A program made the translations under genes and the position numbers. 64,000 nucleotides of DNA, taken from assembly GCA_964474445.1 (NCBI GenBank), contig CAYYSJ010000001.1, positions 142,530 through 206,529 of the forward strand, given 5' to 3'. Positions 1 through 9,852 of this stretch are shown one piece after another (position 1 is the stretch's first letter; every line of letters starts with the position of its first letter). Source of the DNA: an uncultured Gammaproteobacteria bacterium. GTDB taxonomy: Bacteria > Patescibacteriota > Microgenomatia > Levybacterales > UBA12049. Under the pieces are notes generated by a model, which was not told where the DNA came from, ran no database searches, and saw only the letters and a list, made by a program, of their open reading frames with translations.

Positions 1-2
1 GT

Positions 3-710
3 TCACTTCATCCAAGTGGTCCCAACTATATTCTTCTTGAGGCTGGATCGCTTGCATTTCCTGATCATACATTTACAACGGATGATCCTCCAAGTGCTAC
101 AAATAGCACCTCATCACTTTTTCATATTAGTAAACTCCTAGACCAAACCAACCAAACATGGAAAGCATATCAGGAAAATATTTCAGGAAGAAATTGTCCC
201 ATAACTTCAGAAGGAAATTATGCACCAAAACATAATCCCTTTATTTATTTTCGAGACGTTTCGGGAAATCCACCAAGTAGTACAAATGCTTACTGCCAAA
301 GTCACATACGACCAATGCAAGAGCTTGCAATAGACCTTGCTTCAGGACATGTTGCTCAATACGTATTTATTACACCAAACCTTCAGAACGATATGCATGA
401 TGGAACAATTACACAAGGTGATGCCTGGCTTGCTAACATTGTTCCCCTCATTACTTCCTCACCTACCTTTAAAAAAGACGGAGCGCTATTTATCACATGG
501 GATGAAGGTGCTGGACCAGAGGAAAATAATCCGATTGGTATGATCATGTATTCACCATTTATCAAAAAAGGCTATACAAATGCTACCTTATACTCTCATG
601 CATCATATGTAAAAACTATTGAGGAAATTTTTCACTTGACTCCACTTATTGGATTTTCTGCAGATCCTACCACAATTGATCTCTCAGATTTCTTTCTCAC
701 CCATAACTAA
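3..710 (+). CDS. Phosphoesterase family protein (acid phosphatase/PLC-like), 5'-partial
   Basis: Frame open from nt 3 (SLHPSGPNY...) and in frame with ORF 315..710; motifs HPSxPNY, KHNPF, NDMHDG, ITWDEG, YSHAS. Confidence 0.85.
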   Translation, partial: SLHPSGPNYILLEAGSLAFPDHTFTTDDPPSATNSTSSLFHISKLLDQTNQTWKAYQENISGRNCPITSEGNYAPKHNPFIYFRDVSGNPPSSTNAYCQSHIRPMQELAIDLASGHVAQYVFITPNLQNDMHDGTITQGDAWLANIVPLITSSPTFKKDGALFITWDEGAGPEENNPIGMIMYSPFIKKGYTNATLYSHASYVKTIEEIFHLTPLIGFSADPTTIDLSDFFLTHN

Positions 711-732
711 TAGGATCAGTGTTTTTCTATTT

Positions 733-2040
733 CTATGGTCTTTCTTCAGCTGTAAATACTTTTCTTCGTTCTACTTCATGGACAACCCGTTTACTTCTTC
801 TAGTCAAACTATCAACTTTTCTTTTTAACCTTCTTATATACCAGGTTTCTTGCTGTGCAGTAGTTCGTTTTGGATATTCTGGCCCTCTATGAAGAATAAG
901 TCCAGCTGGTTCCATTGGTCCGGTATGGGAAATAACTTGAGGAGCAATATAGACAACAAATCTTTCTTTTCCTGTTTTATCATTCTTTTCAAATCGCATA
1001 TATCTCCGGAGGGCAGGCTGTACGATGATACTATCAAGCATTTCTTGTGTTAACGACGCAGGCAATGGTTGATCGTGTTGAAGAGCTCTGTCTATTTGTT
1101 TGGCAAGAAGAGCCATGCCTATTTTGTATCCTTCAAAGTTCCCGGCAAGAACATCTGCAATATATGGAGTGTTCTTGATAAGATTTCTTCTTGTAATATC
1201 ATCAAATCGTATTGAATACCCAACAGGTGTACCTGACTCCATCACTAAAGAAACATGTTGTGTTGCTCTTTCTCGTATTTTTTGGTCATGAATTCCTGCA
1301 GTAAGAAAGCGTTGTACGGTTTGCAAGAACGATTGAGCTTTTGATGTTCGCTGGAAATCTCTTATGAGTTGTTGTTCTGCTTCAACGCTAGGGACATTTG
1401 ACGATTTTCCAGCAAAACTTCGTTCACTTACTTTTGCAACATGTAAATGAGTAGGCCCACCTGTACGAGAGGTTCTTTGCGCTTTTTTCCCAGGCTGTTT
1501 GAAGCGTTCATCAATCAGAGTAAGAGGTGCATCATTTTCCATAATAAAACTATATATTGGAATGTGCTGAATTCTTCTTTTTGCAATACGTAGTAAGCCA
1601 ATGGTTGGTCCTATAATAGGTATCGGAGAGGTTTCCTCCGCTAATGGAAGTCTATCTTTTGCAAGTAATGTTGCAAAAGCGGTTTGAAGATAGGCAATTT
1701 GTGTATCACGCGGAAGATCGTACGAGAGTACTGCGCTATTTGTTGCTTCATATTCAAATTGAGGAAGATGTGCAGAGACTATCGTGGTGTCTTCAGTATA
1801 CGGATTAATTGGTTTATTAAGAGCAACAACAGTTCCATTTTGTAGAACTCTTGTTGAGAGAGTGCTTTGTTTTGACCTTGTCAAGTTATGATACATCCGT
1901 CCTGGTTGATTCCAATTGACAACAGTAGTTGTCACTGTTTCTGGGGTTTGGTCATGATCTGTCCCACCTACTGCATTTGTATTGACTACAACAGGCTCTG
2001 CATGTCCTAGAAAATATCTTTCTCGAACAGGAAATACCAT
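733..2040 (-). CDS. Hypothetical protein (possible degenerate HIT-like motif; Arg/Lys-rich C-terminus)
   Basis: Long ORF; start placed at ATG 2040, 6 nt after TATAAT; no recognisable family. Confidence 0.65.
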   Translation of the reverse strand: MVFPVRERYFLGHAEPVVVNTNAVGGTDHDQTPETVTTTVVNWNQPGRMYHNLTRSKQSTLSTRVLQNGTVVALNKPINPYTEDTTIVSAHLPQFEYEATNSAVLSYDLPRDTQIAYLQTAFATLLAKDRLPLAEETSPIPIIGPTIGLLRIAKRRIQHIPIYSFIMENDAPLTLIDERFKQPGKKAQRTSRTGGPTHLHVAKVSERSFAGKSSNVPSVEAEQQLIRDFQRTSKAQSFLQTVQRFLTAGIHDQKIRERATQHVSLVMESGTPVGYSIRFDDITRRNLIKNTPYIADVLAGNFEGYKIGMALLAKQIDRALQHDQPLPASLTQEMLDSIIVQPALRRYMRFEKNDKTGKERFVVYIAPQVISHTGPMEPAGLILHRGPEYPKRTTAQQETWYIRRLKRKVDSLTRRSKRVVHEVERRKVFTAEERP

Positions 2041-2175
2041 AATAATATTATAGGCTCTTATTATAGCTGTAATGGTTATTGTGTTCAATAGGTAATTGTG
2101 TCCAATTGTTGTCAGAAAAGATTTTACAGGAAGGACTGCACTTCTGAGTTGATTTTTGGTATACTATCTGCTATC

Positions 2176-2247
2176 GGGTCGGTAGCTCAACGGTAGAGCA
2201 AAGGACTCTTAATCCTTAGGTTCTGGGTTCGAATCCCAGCCGGCTCA
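2176..2247 (+). tRNA. tRNA-Lys(CTT)
   Basis: Acceptor GGGTCGG/CCGGCTC, D-arm TAGCTCAACGGTAGAGC, anticodon arm AAGGA-CT-CTT-AA-TCCTT, T-loop GTTCGAATC; no encoded CCA. Confidence 0.96.
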
Positions 2248-2255
2248 CCCAAAAA

Positions 2256-3683
2256 TCAAGGTTGCAGGTGCCTTCGAAGATTACTTGCTTTTTGCTTTAC
2301 TCTGTCTACAGTCTCTCTACCAGCAAGGATAGAAAAGGCATAGGTATGCTTAACCATTTCCAACCCAAGAGTTCCTACATGATTAGCCAAATGTCTTCCG
2401 GTGCCTCGGACATCCCCTAGATTTCTCTTGTATTGGCGATATGCATCTAGAGTGTTTTTTGCCATATCTTCTATGGCCTGATTGTCTCGGTAAAAATAGA
2501 ATATATTTCTAGCTGCACCGACAGCAAGTCCTTTAACACCCCTATATGCAAATCCAAAATCAAGAGCATCTTCTGCATTAGATAAATCAACTTTGTATTT
2601 TTCTCCTCCCCAACCAAAATCATATTGACGATACCCTCTTTGGAAACATTCCTCCATGTATGCTGTGTGCACTAATAATCCAGGTGTATAGTTTGCAAGT
2701 CTTTCATCTTTTTTCCCAAAATTCACTTTTTGTGCTAAATTTATACCGCCTGTGTATCCAATCATAATGCCATTTGTATCAGTAAAACTTAAAATACATC
2801 CAAGAGTAGTGTTACCTGCTCTTAACCTATACACACTTGCTTTTCCTTGTGGGAAAAGTTTATCAATTAAGTCTCTGTAATAATCAACAATTTTATTTGT
2901 AGTGAAAAATCCAGGTTCGTTTTTTAACATACCCCAGCGATTTCTATTCAGAGCAACAAGTTCTGTAAATATTTCTTGGGCATGTGTTACATCTTCTGCC
3001 AGTTCCCCCTGTATTGGACCTAGAGCTTTACTTAATTTTTCCTTGTTTTTTGAGATGCGACCTTTGTTTGTTCGTAGACCACTTATTACATCTGTAAATC
3101 CTTCTTCGCGCGCTCTATCAAAATTAAAGACAGGAAAGTTTATCTGTCTTATTGCAAGAGGAATTCCAACCTGAGTTCCTGCTTTTGCCAAAGCAGTGGT
3201 ATCTTCCGGATCAAATCCCTGCAACAAAAATTGATCCCACTTCCAAGGGAGACTTTTTATCGTTTCCATAACTCCTGTAGCAAAAATGTCTCTTTGTTGT
3301 GGGTTAACAAGCAGGCGCAAATCTGTTAGGTGAGGATCTTCACTCTGAGGTTCTCCAATGGTACCAAGAGAAAGTGTCCTTACAGGAATTCTTCCTCTCC
3401 TTGGATGTTGTATTGAATGAGTAAGAATTGTAGCTCCACTTACTTCTTCGGCATCATTTCTCTGGAAAATAAAAGTATGAGGAACCGCATCTCCAAAATG
3501 ATTTAACCATACTTCCAGCCAAGATGTGGAACTTGTTGCACTGGAATTTTGCAGTTTTTCTTCAAGAGCCCTCCAAAGAGTTAGCGCTTTTTGCCTGTCT
3601 GCTGATGAAATGAGTTCAATATTTGTGGGTAACTGTTTTCTTTCCCGTTGATGATGCAAAGCCTTTTCTATAAATTGCATCAC
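2256..3683 (-). CDS. GNAT-family acetyltransferase (CelD/BcsL-like, Acetyltransf_6) with basic C-terminal extension
   Basis: WLEVWLNHFG, YTPGLLVH, YDFGWGGEKYK motifs. Confidence 0.75.
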   Translation of the reverse strand: MMQFIEKALHHQRERKQLPTNIELISSADRQKALTLWRALEEKLQNSSATSSTSWLEVWLNHFGDAVPHTFIFQRNDAEEVSGATILTHSIQHPRRGRIPVRTLSLGTIGEPQSEDPHLTDLRLLVNPQQRDIFATGVMETIKSLPWKWDQFLLQGFDPEDTTALAKAGTQVGIPLAIRQINFPVFNFDRAREEGFTDVISGLRTNKGRISKNKEKLSKALGPIQGELAEDVTHAQEIFTELVALNRNRWGMLKNEPGFFTTNKIVDYYRDLIDKLFPQGKASVYRLRAGNTTLGCILSFTDTNGIMIGYTGGINLAQKVNFGKKDERLANYTPGLLVHTAYMEECFQRGYRQYDFGWGGEKYKVDLSNAEDALDFGFAYRGVKGLAVGAARNIFYFYRDNQAIEDMAKNTLDAYRQYKRNLGDVRGTGRHLANHVGTLGLEMVKHTYAFSILAGRETVDRVKQKASNLRRHLQP

Positions 3684-3879
3684 TATATTTTCGTAACAAG
3701 ATATTAAAATTTTGTAAAAAAGCGGTAATCAAGCGATGAAGTAGTGCCTTTTTTGCTAATTTCTATAACTGCTATTTTTTTGAGAAGTTTTTCTATTTGT
3801 CGAATTCTGATTCGTGCTCCTTTCTAATACCCATTTTTTTAATTCAATATTTAAATTGTTTTTGACAGCAAAAATGAGG

Positions 3880-4251
3880 CTAATTTATCACTAGTAACTC
3901 ATCAGTTTTGGGGTCATAGACATGGGCAATTGCCAAAAGACCGGCCTTGGTCATTTTCTTTTCTTTAATTAATTGTCGAACACGTTCTAAATTAATCTGT
4001 GAAAGTTTGCTTGTTTTTTTTCGAGGAGAAAACCGTTGAGCAAACCGCTCATCATCAATTTTTTTTGCTGTACTATCAATCCATCCAAAACATAACGCCT
4101 CTAAAACTGCATCATCATGAGAAATACGTGGTTTTTTCGTTACTTTGCGATAGTAGATAAGCCAAATTTCTGGCTCAGAATCAGCATATTTTGTTAGCCA
4201 AGAACGCCATTCTTTCCGATTTGTTACATATAAGGTTTTACCAATTATCAT
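3880..4251 (-). CDS. YdeI/OmpD-associated family protein, short (lacks C-terminal OmdA domain)
   Basis: EWRSWL, EIWLIYY, EALCFGWIDS, FSPR motifs; only 123 aa. Confidence 0.85.
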   Translation of the reverse strand: MIIGKTLYVTNRKEWRSWLTKYADSEPEIWLIYYRKVTKKPRISHDDAVLEALCFGWIDSTAKKIDDERFAQRFSPRKKTSKLSQINLERVRQLIKEKKMTKAGLLAIAHVYDPKTDELLVIN

Positions 4252-4328
4252 AGCACCGATAATAATAGCAAATTTTTTCGTACAGTAGAAAGTGCGGCTA
4301 GGTCACAAAAAAAAGAGTTTGACGAAAT

Positions 4329-4790
4329 TTAAGAGATAGAAAGAATTGTGTAATGGGTAGTTCCAGCTGGTGTTTGGATACTCACACTTTCTCCTTTTTT
4401 CTTTCCAATGAGTGACTTTCCTAGAGGAGAAATATGAGAAAGCTTACCTTCAGAGGGATTAGATTCGTAACCTCCAACTATAGAAAAGGTTTTCTCTATA
4501 TCTCCTGTTTGGAGTGTTACTATGCTGCCAATATCAACAGTTCCATTGTTCGACACAACTTTTACCTTTCCATACCGAAGCAAATGTTTTACTTCACGAA
4601 TACGATGATCAACAGATGATAATTTTGCGCGGGCTGATTTATAATAGCCATTTTCACTCAAATCTCCCATTGCTCGCGCTTTTGCTAAATCTTCAACAGC
4701 TGCTTTTCGAATACCCTTAAGGTCTTCTTGCTCTTGCAGTAACTTGTTGTATCCATCTTGAGTGAAAAAAATTGGAGCTGGAATCTTCAT
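4329..4790 (-). CDS. greA: Transcription elongation factor GreA/GreB
   Basis: ARAMGDLSENGYY and ISPLGKSLIGK motifs. Confidence 0.92.
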   Translation of the reverse strand: MKIPAPIFFTQDGYNKLLQEQEDLKGIRKAAVEDLAKARAMGDLSENGYYKSARAKLSSVDHRIREVKHLLRYGKVKVVSNNGTVDIGSIVTLQTGDIEKTFSIVGGYESNPSEGKLSHISPLGKSLIGKKKGESVSIQTPAGTTHYTILSIS

Positions 4791-4867
4791 CAGTGTATTA
4801 TACCTCAGTATGAGTGAAATGCATATGTCACCTAAAGTTTACTGTTGAACAGCATCAATAGTATATT

Positions 4868-5536
4868 TCATGAACGTGTGCTCAGTTTTGCAATTCCTTG
4901 TGTAATAATATCTCGAGCATGGGAAATAGTATCTGGATGAGAAAGGTATTCTTCTAATTCCAAACAGGCGTTTTCCCATCCTGCATATGCTGGATTAAGG
5001 TCTTCATGAAGTCTCAAATTTTCTGCACTAAATCTATTTTTTGATGGTCTTCCTGTTAGTCTGCTACTCATTGCATAAGGGTGATTAAGTAAATCATTAA
5101 CTGCAATGACTCCCCAATGTTCGGGGATGATAACAGGCTTTTCTTTATCAGTCCCTTGCGATATTGTGTATCCTTGCCGTTCAATAAATCCAATAAAAAT
5201 ACCATTCTCTGGAATAGTACTATGGGTATCATCTGATTGTTGTGTGACCAAGTACCCATGCACGTATACATCAGCAAGCGGTACACGTCTGGTTGCTGTT
5301 TCCTGTGGAACTCGCATTGGTCCTGAAAATCGTGATATCTCTATAGCATCACCTAAAAGCTCATGTACAATAGGACGAGCAGCAACTCTTCTTTCGAATC
5401 CACGCATAATATGCATAACTCTTTCTCTGTAGGTCATCGCTCTTTCATGCATACCATCATATGAAATACTTTCTTGCTTTTCGATTGTTGGGGTACGAGA
5501 TAACTGCATCGCTTCTCTTACATTGGTAATAGCCAT
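4868..5536 (-). CDS. Hypothetical protein
   Basis: ORF of about 222 aa filling the gap; start uncertain (5536 or 5569). Confidence 0.6.
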   Translation of the reverse strand: MAITNVREAMQLSRTPTIEKQESISYDGMHERAMTYRERVMHIMRGFERRVAARPIVHELLGDAIEISRFSGPMRVPQETATRRVPLADVYVHGYLVTQQSDDTHSTIPENGIFIGFIERQGYTISQGTDKEKPVIIPEHWGVIAVNDLLNHPYAMSSRLTGRPSKNRFSAENLRLHEDLNPAYAGWENACLELEEYLSHPDTISHARDIITQGIAKLSTRS

Positions 5537-5652
5537 GAACGTATGGTGACACATGATATAGAGCGACAATGTAAGAAAACGGTAAGTTTTCAGAAAGAAT
5601 GCTTATTGCGCTTTCATCTTTTTTAAAAGTTTGTTAGTATACTTCTACCTGT

Positions 5653-7083
5653 ATGTTACCCCAGAAACTTGTCTTTGTTGATACCGAAACAACAGGTCTC
5701 TCTGTAACACGGGATAGAATCATTGAGATAGGAATAGTTCGAGTTGAAAATAATAAAGTTGTTGCAGAATATCAAAGTCTTATTAACCCTCAAACATTTC
5801 TTTCTCCATTTATTACAACAATAACAAACATTACAGAAAGTGACTTAGAACATGCCCCTACCTTTTATGATATCCGAAAAGACATTTATGACTTATTAAA
5901 AGACGCAGTCTTTGTTGCACACAATGTGCGATTTGACTATGCATTTCTTCGAAATGAATTTAAAAGGACAGAGATGCAGTTTAGTACAAAACATTTTTGT
6001 ACAGCCAAGCTCTCTCGCTCACTTTTTCCCCATGCATCTCATCATAATTTAGATAGCATTATTGAACGGTTTGGGTTTATCTGTGAGAGACGTCATAGAG
6101 CATTTGATGATGCAAAAATTCTTTGGGAATTCTACCAAACAGTACAAAAACAATTTGACGAGCCTGTACTAGAACAACATCTTAAACATCTCCTAAAACG
6201 TCCATCAAGACCAATGCAAATAACAGAAGAACAGTTAGATATTCTCCCAGAAGCTCCCGGTGTATATATTTTTTATGGGGAAGACAGGATCCCATTATAT
6301 GTAGGAAAAAGTGTCAATGTGAAAGAACGGGTACTTTCTCATTTTTCAAGTGATTATTCTATTTCAAAAGAAATGCATATTTCCCAACAAGTGACAGATA
6401 TTCAAGTTATCCCAACGGCAGGAGAGTTAGGAGCACTCCTGAAAGAATCACAACTTATCAAAGAGTTACAGCCTTTATATAACAGGAAATTGAGAAGCAG
6501 CAGACGTTTGATTGTATTGAAGAAGAAAGTGAATGCTCAAGGATATGAAGAACATTTCTTAGAAGAACTCCTTGATATTGCACCAAATGAGACAGAGAAC
6601 ATTCTAGGAGTATTCCGATCAAAGAAACAGGCAAAAGAATTTTTGTATGGAGTAGTAAAAGAACACAATTTGTGTGAAAAATTAGTAGGACTTGAACATA
6701 CAAAAGGTGGATGTTTTGCCTATCGTTTAGGAACTTGTAAAGGAGCCTGTGTTGGTAAAGAAAATCCTCTTATCTATAATACTCGGAGTATTATGGCATT
6801 TTCCAAAAACAAAATAAAACCGTGGCCTTTCCCTGGCCCTATCCTTATTAAAGAAACTGAAAACATCAGTAGCCAAGAAGACACATTTTATATTGATAAA
6901 TGGTGCTTACTTGGGAAGCAAACAGCAAAAGACGGACAAGCAGATTTTTTTAGTAATGAAGATTATCGTTTTGATATGGATACCTATAAAATTCTGGCAA
7001 GTTTTCTATCCAACACAAACCAAAGTCAACTTTCAAAATATATTACTGTTCTTCAACCAAGTAATCATCCTGTCACACAATAG
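5653..7083 (+). CDS. DEDDh 3'-5' exonuclease (DnaQ-like) fused to UvrC/Cho-type GIY-YIG endonuclease
   Basis: DTETTG, HNVRFD, HRAFDDA; then PGVYIF...LYVGKS and Cys cluster C..CF....CKGAC. Confidence 0.9.
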   Translation: MLPQKLVFVDTETTGLSVTRDRIIEIGIVRVENNKVVAEYQSLINPQTFLSPFITTITNITESDLEHAPTFYDIRKDIYDLLKDAVFVAHNVRFDYAFLRNEFKRTEMQFSTKHFCTAKLSRSLFPHASHHNLDSIIERFGFICERRHRAFDDAKILWEFYQTVQKQFDEPVLEQHLKHLLKRPSRPMQITEEQLDILPEAPGVYIFYGEDRIPLYVGKSVNVKERVLSHFSSDYSISKEMHISQQVTDIQVIPTAGELGALLKESQLIKELQPLYNRKLRSSRRLIVLKKKVNAQGYEEHFLEELLDIAPNETENILGVFRSKKQAKEFLYGVVKEHNLCEKLVGLEHTKGGCFAYRLGTCKGACVGKENPLIYNTRSIMAFSKNKIKPWPFPGPILIKETENISSQEDTFYIDKWCLLGKQTAKDGQADFFSNEDYRFDMDTYKILASFLSNTNQSQLSKYITVLQPSNHPVTQ

Positions 7084-7102
7084 TTTAGTTGTATCCTCTT
7101 TG

Positions 7103-7131
7103 TTGACAATACATAAGATTCTATCTAAGCT
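7103..7131 (+). promoter_or_regulatory. Sigma70-type promoter
   Basis: TTGACA-17 nt-TAAGCT upstream of 7152. Confidence 0.6.
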
Positions 7132-7151
7132 AAAAGAAGCATATTGTTTTT

Positions 7152-8096
7152 ATGTCCCAAAATAAACAAAAAATTATCGCCCTTATTCTCTTTGTTATTC
7201 TTCTTATAGCTATTCCTGTAACACTTAAGTTTGGAGTACAACAACAGCAAAATGTCGTACAAAAAGCAGCATGGTTTACAGGACAACAAGAGTACTATTG
7301 TAACCAAGCATTAACAGTTCAGCTTATCCCCCTTCCGGAAGACCCACAAGAATGCCAAGGTGGCACATTTAGCGGGGCAAACCATTTTCAGACAACCATT
7401 TTGGTAAAGGCTAAACCAGGCTCTCTTGGTGCATATACAGTCAAATGGAGATGGGTATCATTCTGGTGTCCAAATGAGGACCCACATGCACCTTGCGTGT
7501 TTAGTAACGCCGCTGCAACAGCTGATACCGGGGTTCAAACAAGTGGCTTAACAGGAGAAAATAGCGCATTCGCGACAGCAAAATCTGCAATGATTACACC
7601 ACCTGCTCAGTATGCAGGTCAAGTATGTGGATATTACCAAACGGATTTTGCATTTTATGTTTACGATAATACTAACCAGGCAACACTTCTTTGCACAAAG
7701 ATCAACGCTTCACAGTTAAACGATCCCAAATTCATTGCCGACACCAATAACAATGCTGCTTGGTGTCACACGAATACATCTTGTACCAATGTCACTCCAT
7801 CTCCAACTGCGACACCTACCCCGCCAGTTACTCCAACAAATACTCCTACCCCAACTCCTACGCCAGGTGTTACTTCAACCCCAACACCAACGCCCACACC
7901 TGGTCCAAGTGCGACACCTACCCCTACTCCGACTCCGGGTCCTACAGCAACGCCAACTCCCACACCTGGGATAACAGTGACACCAACCCCTCGCCCAACA
8001 TTGCCTCCGACTGGTCCTGGTAATACTATTATGGGTATAGGTATTGCTGGGGTAGCGGCTGCAGCCGTAGGAACGCTTCTCTTACTAGGCCTCTAA
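7152..8096 (+). CDS. Surface protein: N-terminal TM, Cys-rich domain, PT linker, LPPTG + C-terminal TM
   Basis: Hydrophobic N-terminus, 8 Cys, long TPTP repeat, LPPTGPG followed by a hydrophobic tail. Confidence 0.8.
   Translation: MSQNKQKIIALILFVILLIAIPVTLKFGVQQQQNVVQKAAWFTGQQEYYCNQALTVQLIPLPEDPQECQGGTFSGANHFQTTILVKAKPGSLGAYTVKWRWVSFWCPNEDPHAPCVFSNAAATADTGVQTSGLTGENSAFATAKSAMITPPAQYAGQVCGYYQTDFAFYVYDNTNQATLLCTKINASQLNDPKFIADTNNNAAWCHTNTSCTNVTPSPTATPTPPVTPTNTPTPTPTPGVTSTPTPTPTPGPSATPTPTPTPGPTATPTPTPGITVTPTPRPTLPPTGPGNTIMGIGIAGVAAAAVGTLLLLGL
7792..8000 (+). repeat. Pro/Thr low-complexity linker (coding repeat)
   Basis: Degenerate ACNCCN repeats encoding TPTPTPTPG units. Confidence 0.85.
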
Positions 8097-8122
8097 ATAG
8101 CTTTTAATATTATGATGTAATT

Positions 8123-8197
8123 GCTGTAGTTGCATCCTGTGCAACTTCATGAATGTGTCCCTAGCGGAAAAGTCGGACGATCCTAGATAGCTACACA
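8123..8197 (+). ncRNA. Candidate small structured RNA of unknown family
   Basis: GC-richer island between convergent genes, after TATGAT (8111-8116); several complementary segments. Confidence 0.3.
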
Positions 8198-8211
8198 AGA
8201 AGAGTAAAGTC

Positions 8212-9351
8212 TTAATCTCCACTCTCAAGTTCAAAAACTTCTAACTCTTTTATTTGTGGAAGTGAGCTACCAATAATACCTTTCAAATCACCGTGCATTC
8301 CAAGAGTATTATCAATAACCTGACGAATATGTTTCTCATCTCTTGCCCATTTGTTAGAAAAATATCGTTTCTCTTTTTCAATTTCTGTCTGCATATTACT
8401 AAAAGCATCAACAATTGCCTCTACTCTATGCTTGAATTCTGTTCCTGAAAGATAGGCATAGAGAATTTCCATTTTTTCATCTTTCCCTTGTACAGAATTC
8501 TTTACATAATACAGTTGAATAAGTTTTGCACGCAATGTATCTGCAAGCGGAATAACAAAGTTTCTCTGTGTTACCCACACACTACTCCGAAATCCCGCAA
8601 TTTGCATATCAGATGGCAAGACTTCAGAAATAAGCACAGCTTCTTCAGCATTAATCGTTCGCTGATCCGTCTTAAGTTTGTCTATCCATCCTTCAGACCA
8701 ATTCTTTGTATTTTTCAACTCCCAGAGAATTTTTCCGACAAAATTTCCTCTTCTATCCCATACTTCCTGAATAATATCTCCCCCTTTGACTCCTTTACTC
8801 ACGGGTTGAATCTTATCATTTGGATATTGTTGTGCAAGCAGTCCTTCAAATTCGAGTTCAAATACTTCCCCTTGTGCTTGCTGAGAACCTTGTTGCAGTT
8901 TTCTTTTTGCATCTTCTAACTCTTTGAGTGTATCTTGAAGTTGTTTATCCTTTGCAAGAAGAACAGTGCGCTGCTCTTCTTCTGCTTTTTTCTGTGCTTC
9001 TTGCCTAATTTTTTCTTCCTCTTCCATAAGCTGTTTTTTCATAGTAAGCTCCATTTCTTCTTTTTCCTTTTTTGATTTTCTCATCTCATCAGTAAGCTCG
9101 GACATTTGTTCAAGGAGTTTTTTAATCCGCTCATCTTTTTCTTCCAGGTCTTCGTGGGTAAGTTTGAGTTGTAATTCAAATTCTTCACGCATTTTTTTTG
9201 AAGAGTCTTCCAAAGCTTGCTTACGGGCTTTTTCCAATTCTTCTTTATGCTTCTGTTCTAGTTCTTCAGTAAGTGTCGCCTTGTACTCAGATTCAAATGC
9301 TGCAGAGAGCTCAAACTCTTTTTTGCAATGGGGACAAATGATGGTTTGCAT
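8212..9351 (-). CDS. DUF2130-family protein (CPHC knuckle, coiled coil, nuclease-like C-terminal domain)
   Basis: IICPHC, long E/K coiled coil, QGSQQAQGEVFE, GGDIIQ, ILWELKNTKNWSEGWIDKLK; ATG 9351 is 6 nt after TATAGT. Confidence 0.85.
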   Translation of the reverse strand: MQTIICPHCKKEFELSAAFESEYKATLTEELEQKHKEELEKARKQALEDSSKKMREEFELQLKLTHEDLEEKDERIKKLLEQMSELTDEMRKSKKEKEEMELTMKKQLMEEEEKIRQEAQKKAEEEQRTVLLAKDKQLQDTLKELEDAKRKLQQGSQQAQGEVFELEFEGLLAQQYPNDKIQPVSKGVKGGDIIQEVWDRRGNFVGKILWELKNTKNWSEGWIDKLKTDQRTINAEEAVLISEVLPSDMQIAGFRSSVWVTQRNFVIPLADTLRAKLIQLYYVKNSVQGKDEKMEILYAYLSGTEFKHRVEAIVDAFSNMQTEIEKEKRYFSNKWARDEKHIRQVIDNTLGMHGDLKGIIGSSLPQIKELEVFELESGD

Positions 9352-9409
9352 AGCCCTACTATACCAAAGAGTAAAAGCAGACAAAAGAGCCAAAAGGGAT
9401 AGAGAGGGT

Positions 9410-9438
9410 TTGACTGATACGTTTTGCTCTGTTAAGCT
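9410..9438 (+). promoter_or_regulatory. Sigma70-type promoter, probably giving a leaderless mRNA
   Basis: TTGACT-17 nt-TAAGCT, 6 nt before ATG 9445. Confidence 0.6.
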
Positions 9439-9444
9439 AATGCT

Positions 9445-9852
9445 ATGCTAAAAGGAATTCTTCGTAGGTTTCTTTTTTACACAGCTTCTTTATTCTTGAC
9501 AACACTTCTTCTCTCTGGTGTGCGGATTGCCGGAGGACTCCAAGCTTTTGTTATTGCTGGTATTGCCTTAACAATTATGATGTTTGTCCTAAAGCCAATT
9601 CTAACTATTCTTTCTTTTCCATTTAACGCAATTACATTCGGTTTTTTTTCTATTATTGTCAATGCAATTATTCTTTTCCTCCTTACTATTTTTATCCCCC
9701 AAATAACAGTTAACCCATTCATAACATCCAAAATTATTTTCTTAGGATTTATTATTCCAGCAATTGCTCTAAATAAATGGTTTGCTTTTGTAGTTGCATC
9801 AGTAACGATTTCTGGTGTATATTCTCTTCTTACATGGGTGACAACAGAATGA
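9445..9852 (+). CDS. YvlD/phage-holin-4-like membrane protein
   Basis: 4 TM segments, LKPILTILSFPFNAITFGFFSIIVNA signature. Confidence 0.85.
   Translation: MLKGILRRFLFYTASLFLTTLLLSGVRIAGGLQAFVIAGIALTIMMFVLKPILTILSFPFNAITFGFFSIIVNAIILFLLTIFIPQITVNPFITSKIIFLGFIIPAIALNKWFAFVVASVTISGVYSLLTWVTTE

Noticed and set aside
7766-7963. Antisense (GV)n ORF and other short overlapping ORFs
   Set aside because: Mirror of the Pro/Thr linker codons on the opposite strand.
8488-9451. Plus-strand 143-aa and 161-aa Ser/Phe-rich ORFs
   Set aside because: Antisense shadows of the E/K-rich DUF2130 gene.
9445-9852. 'Phage holin' as evidence of a prophage
   Set aside because: YvlD-type membrane protein in a housekeeping yvcK-secG operon; no phage genes nearby.
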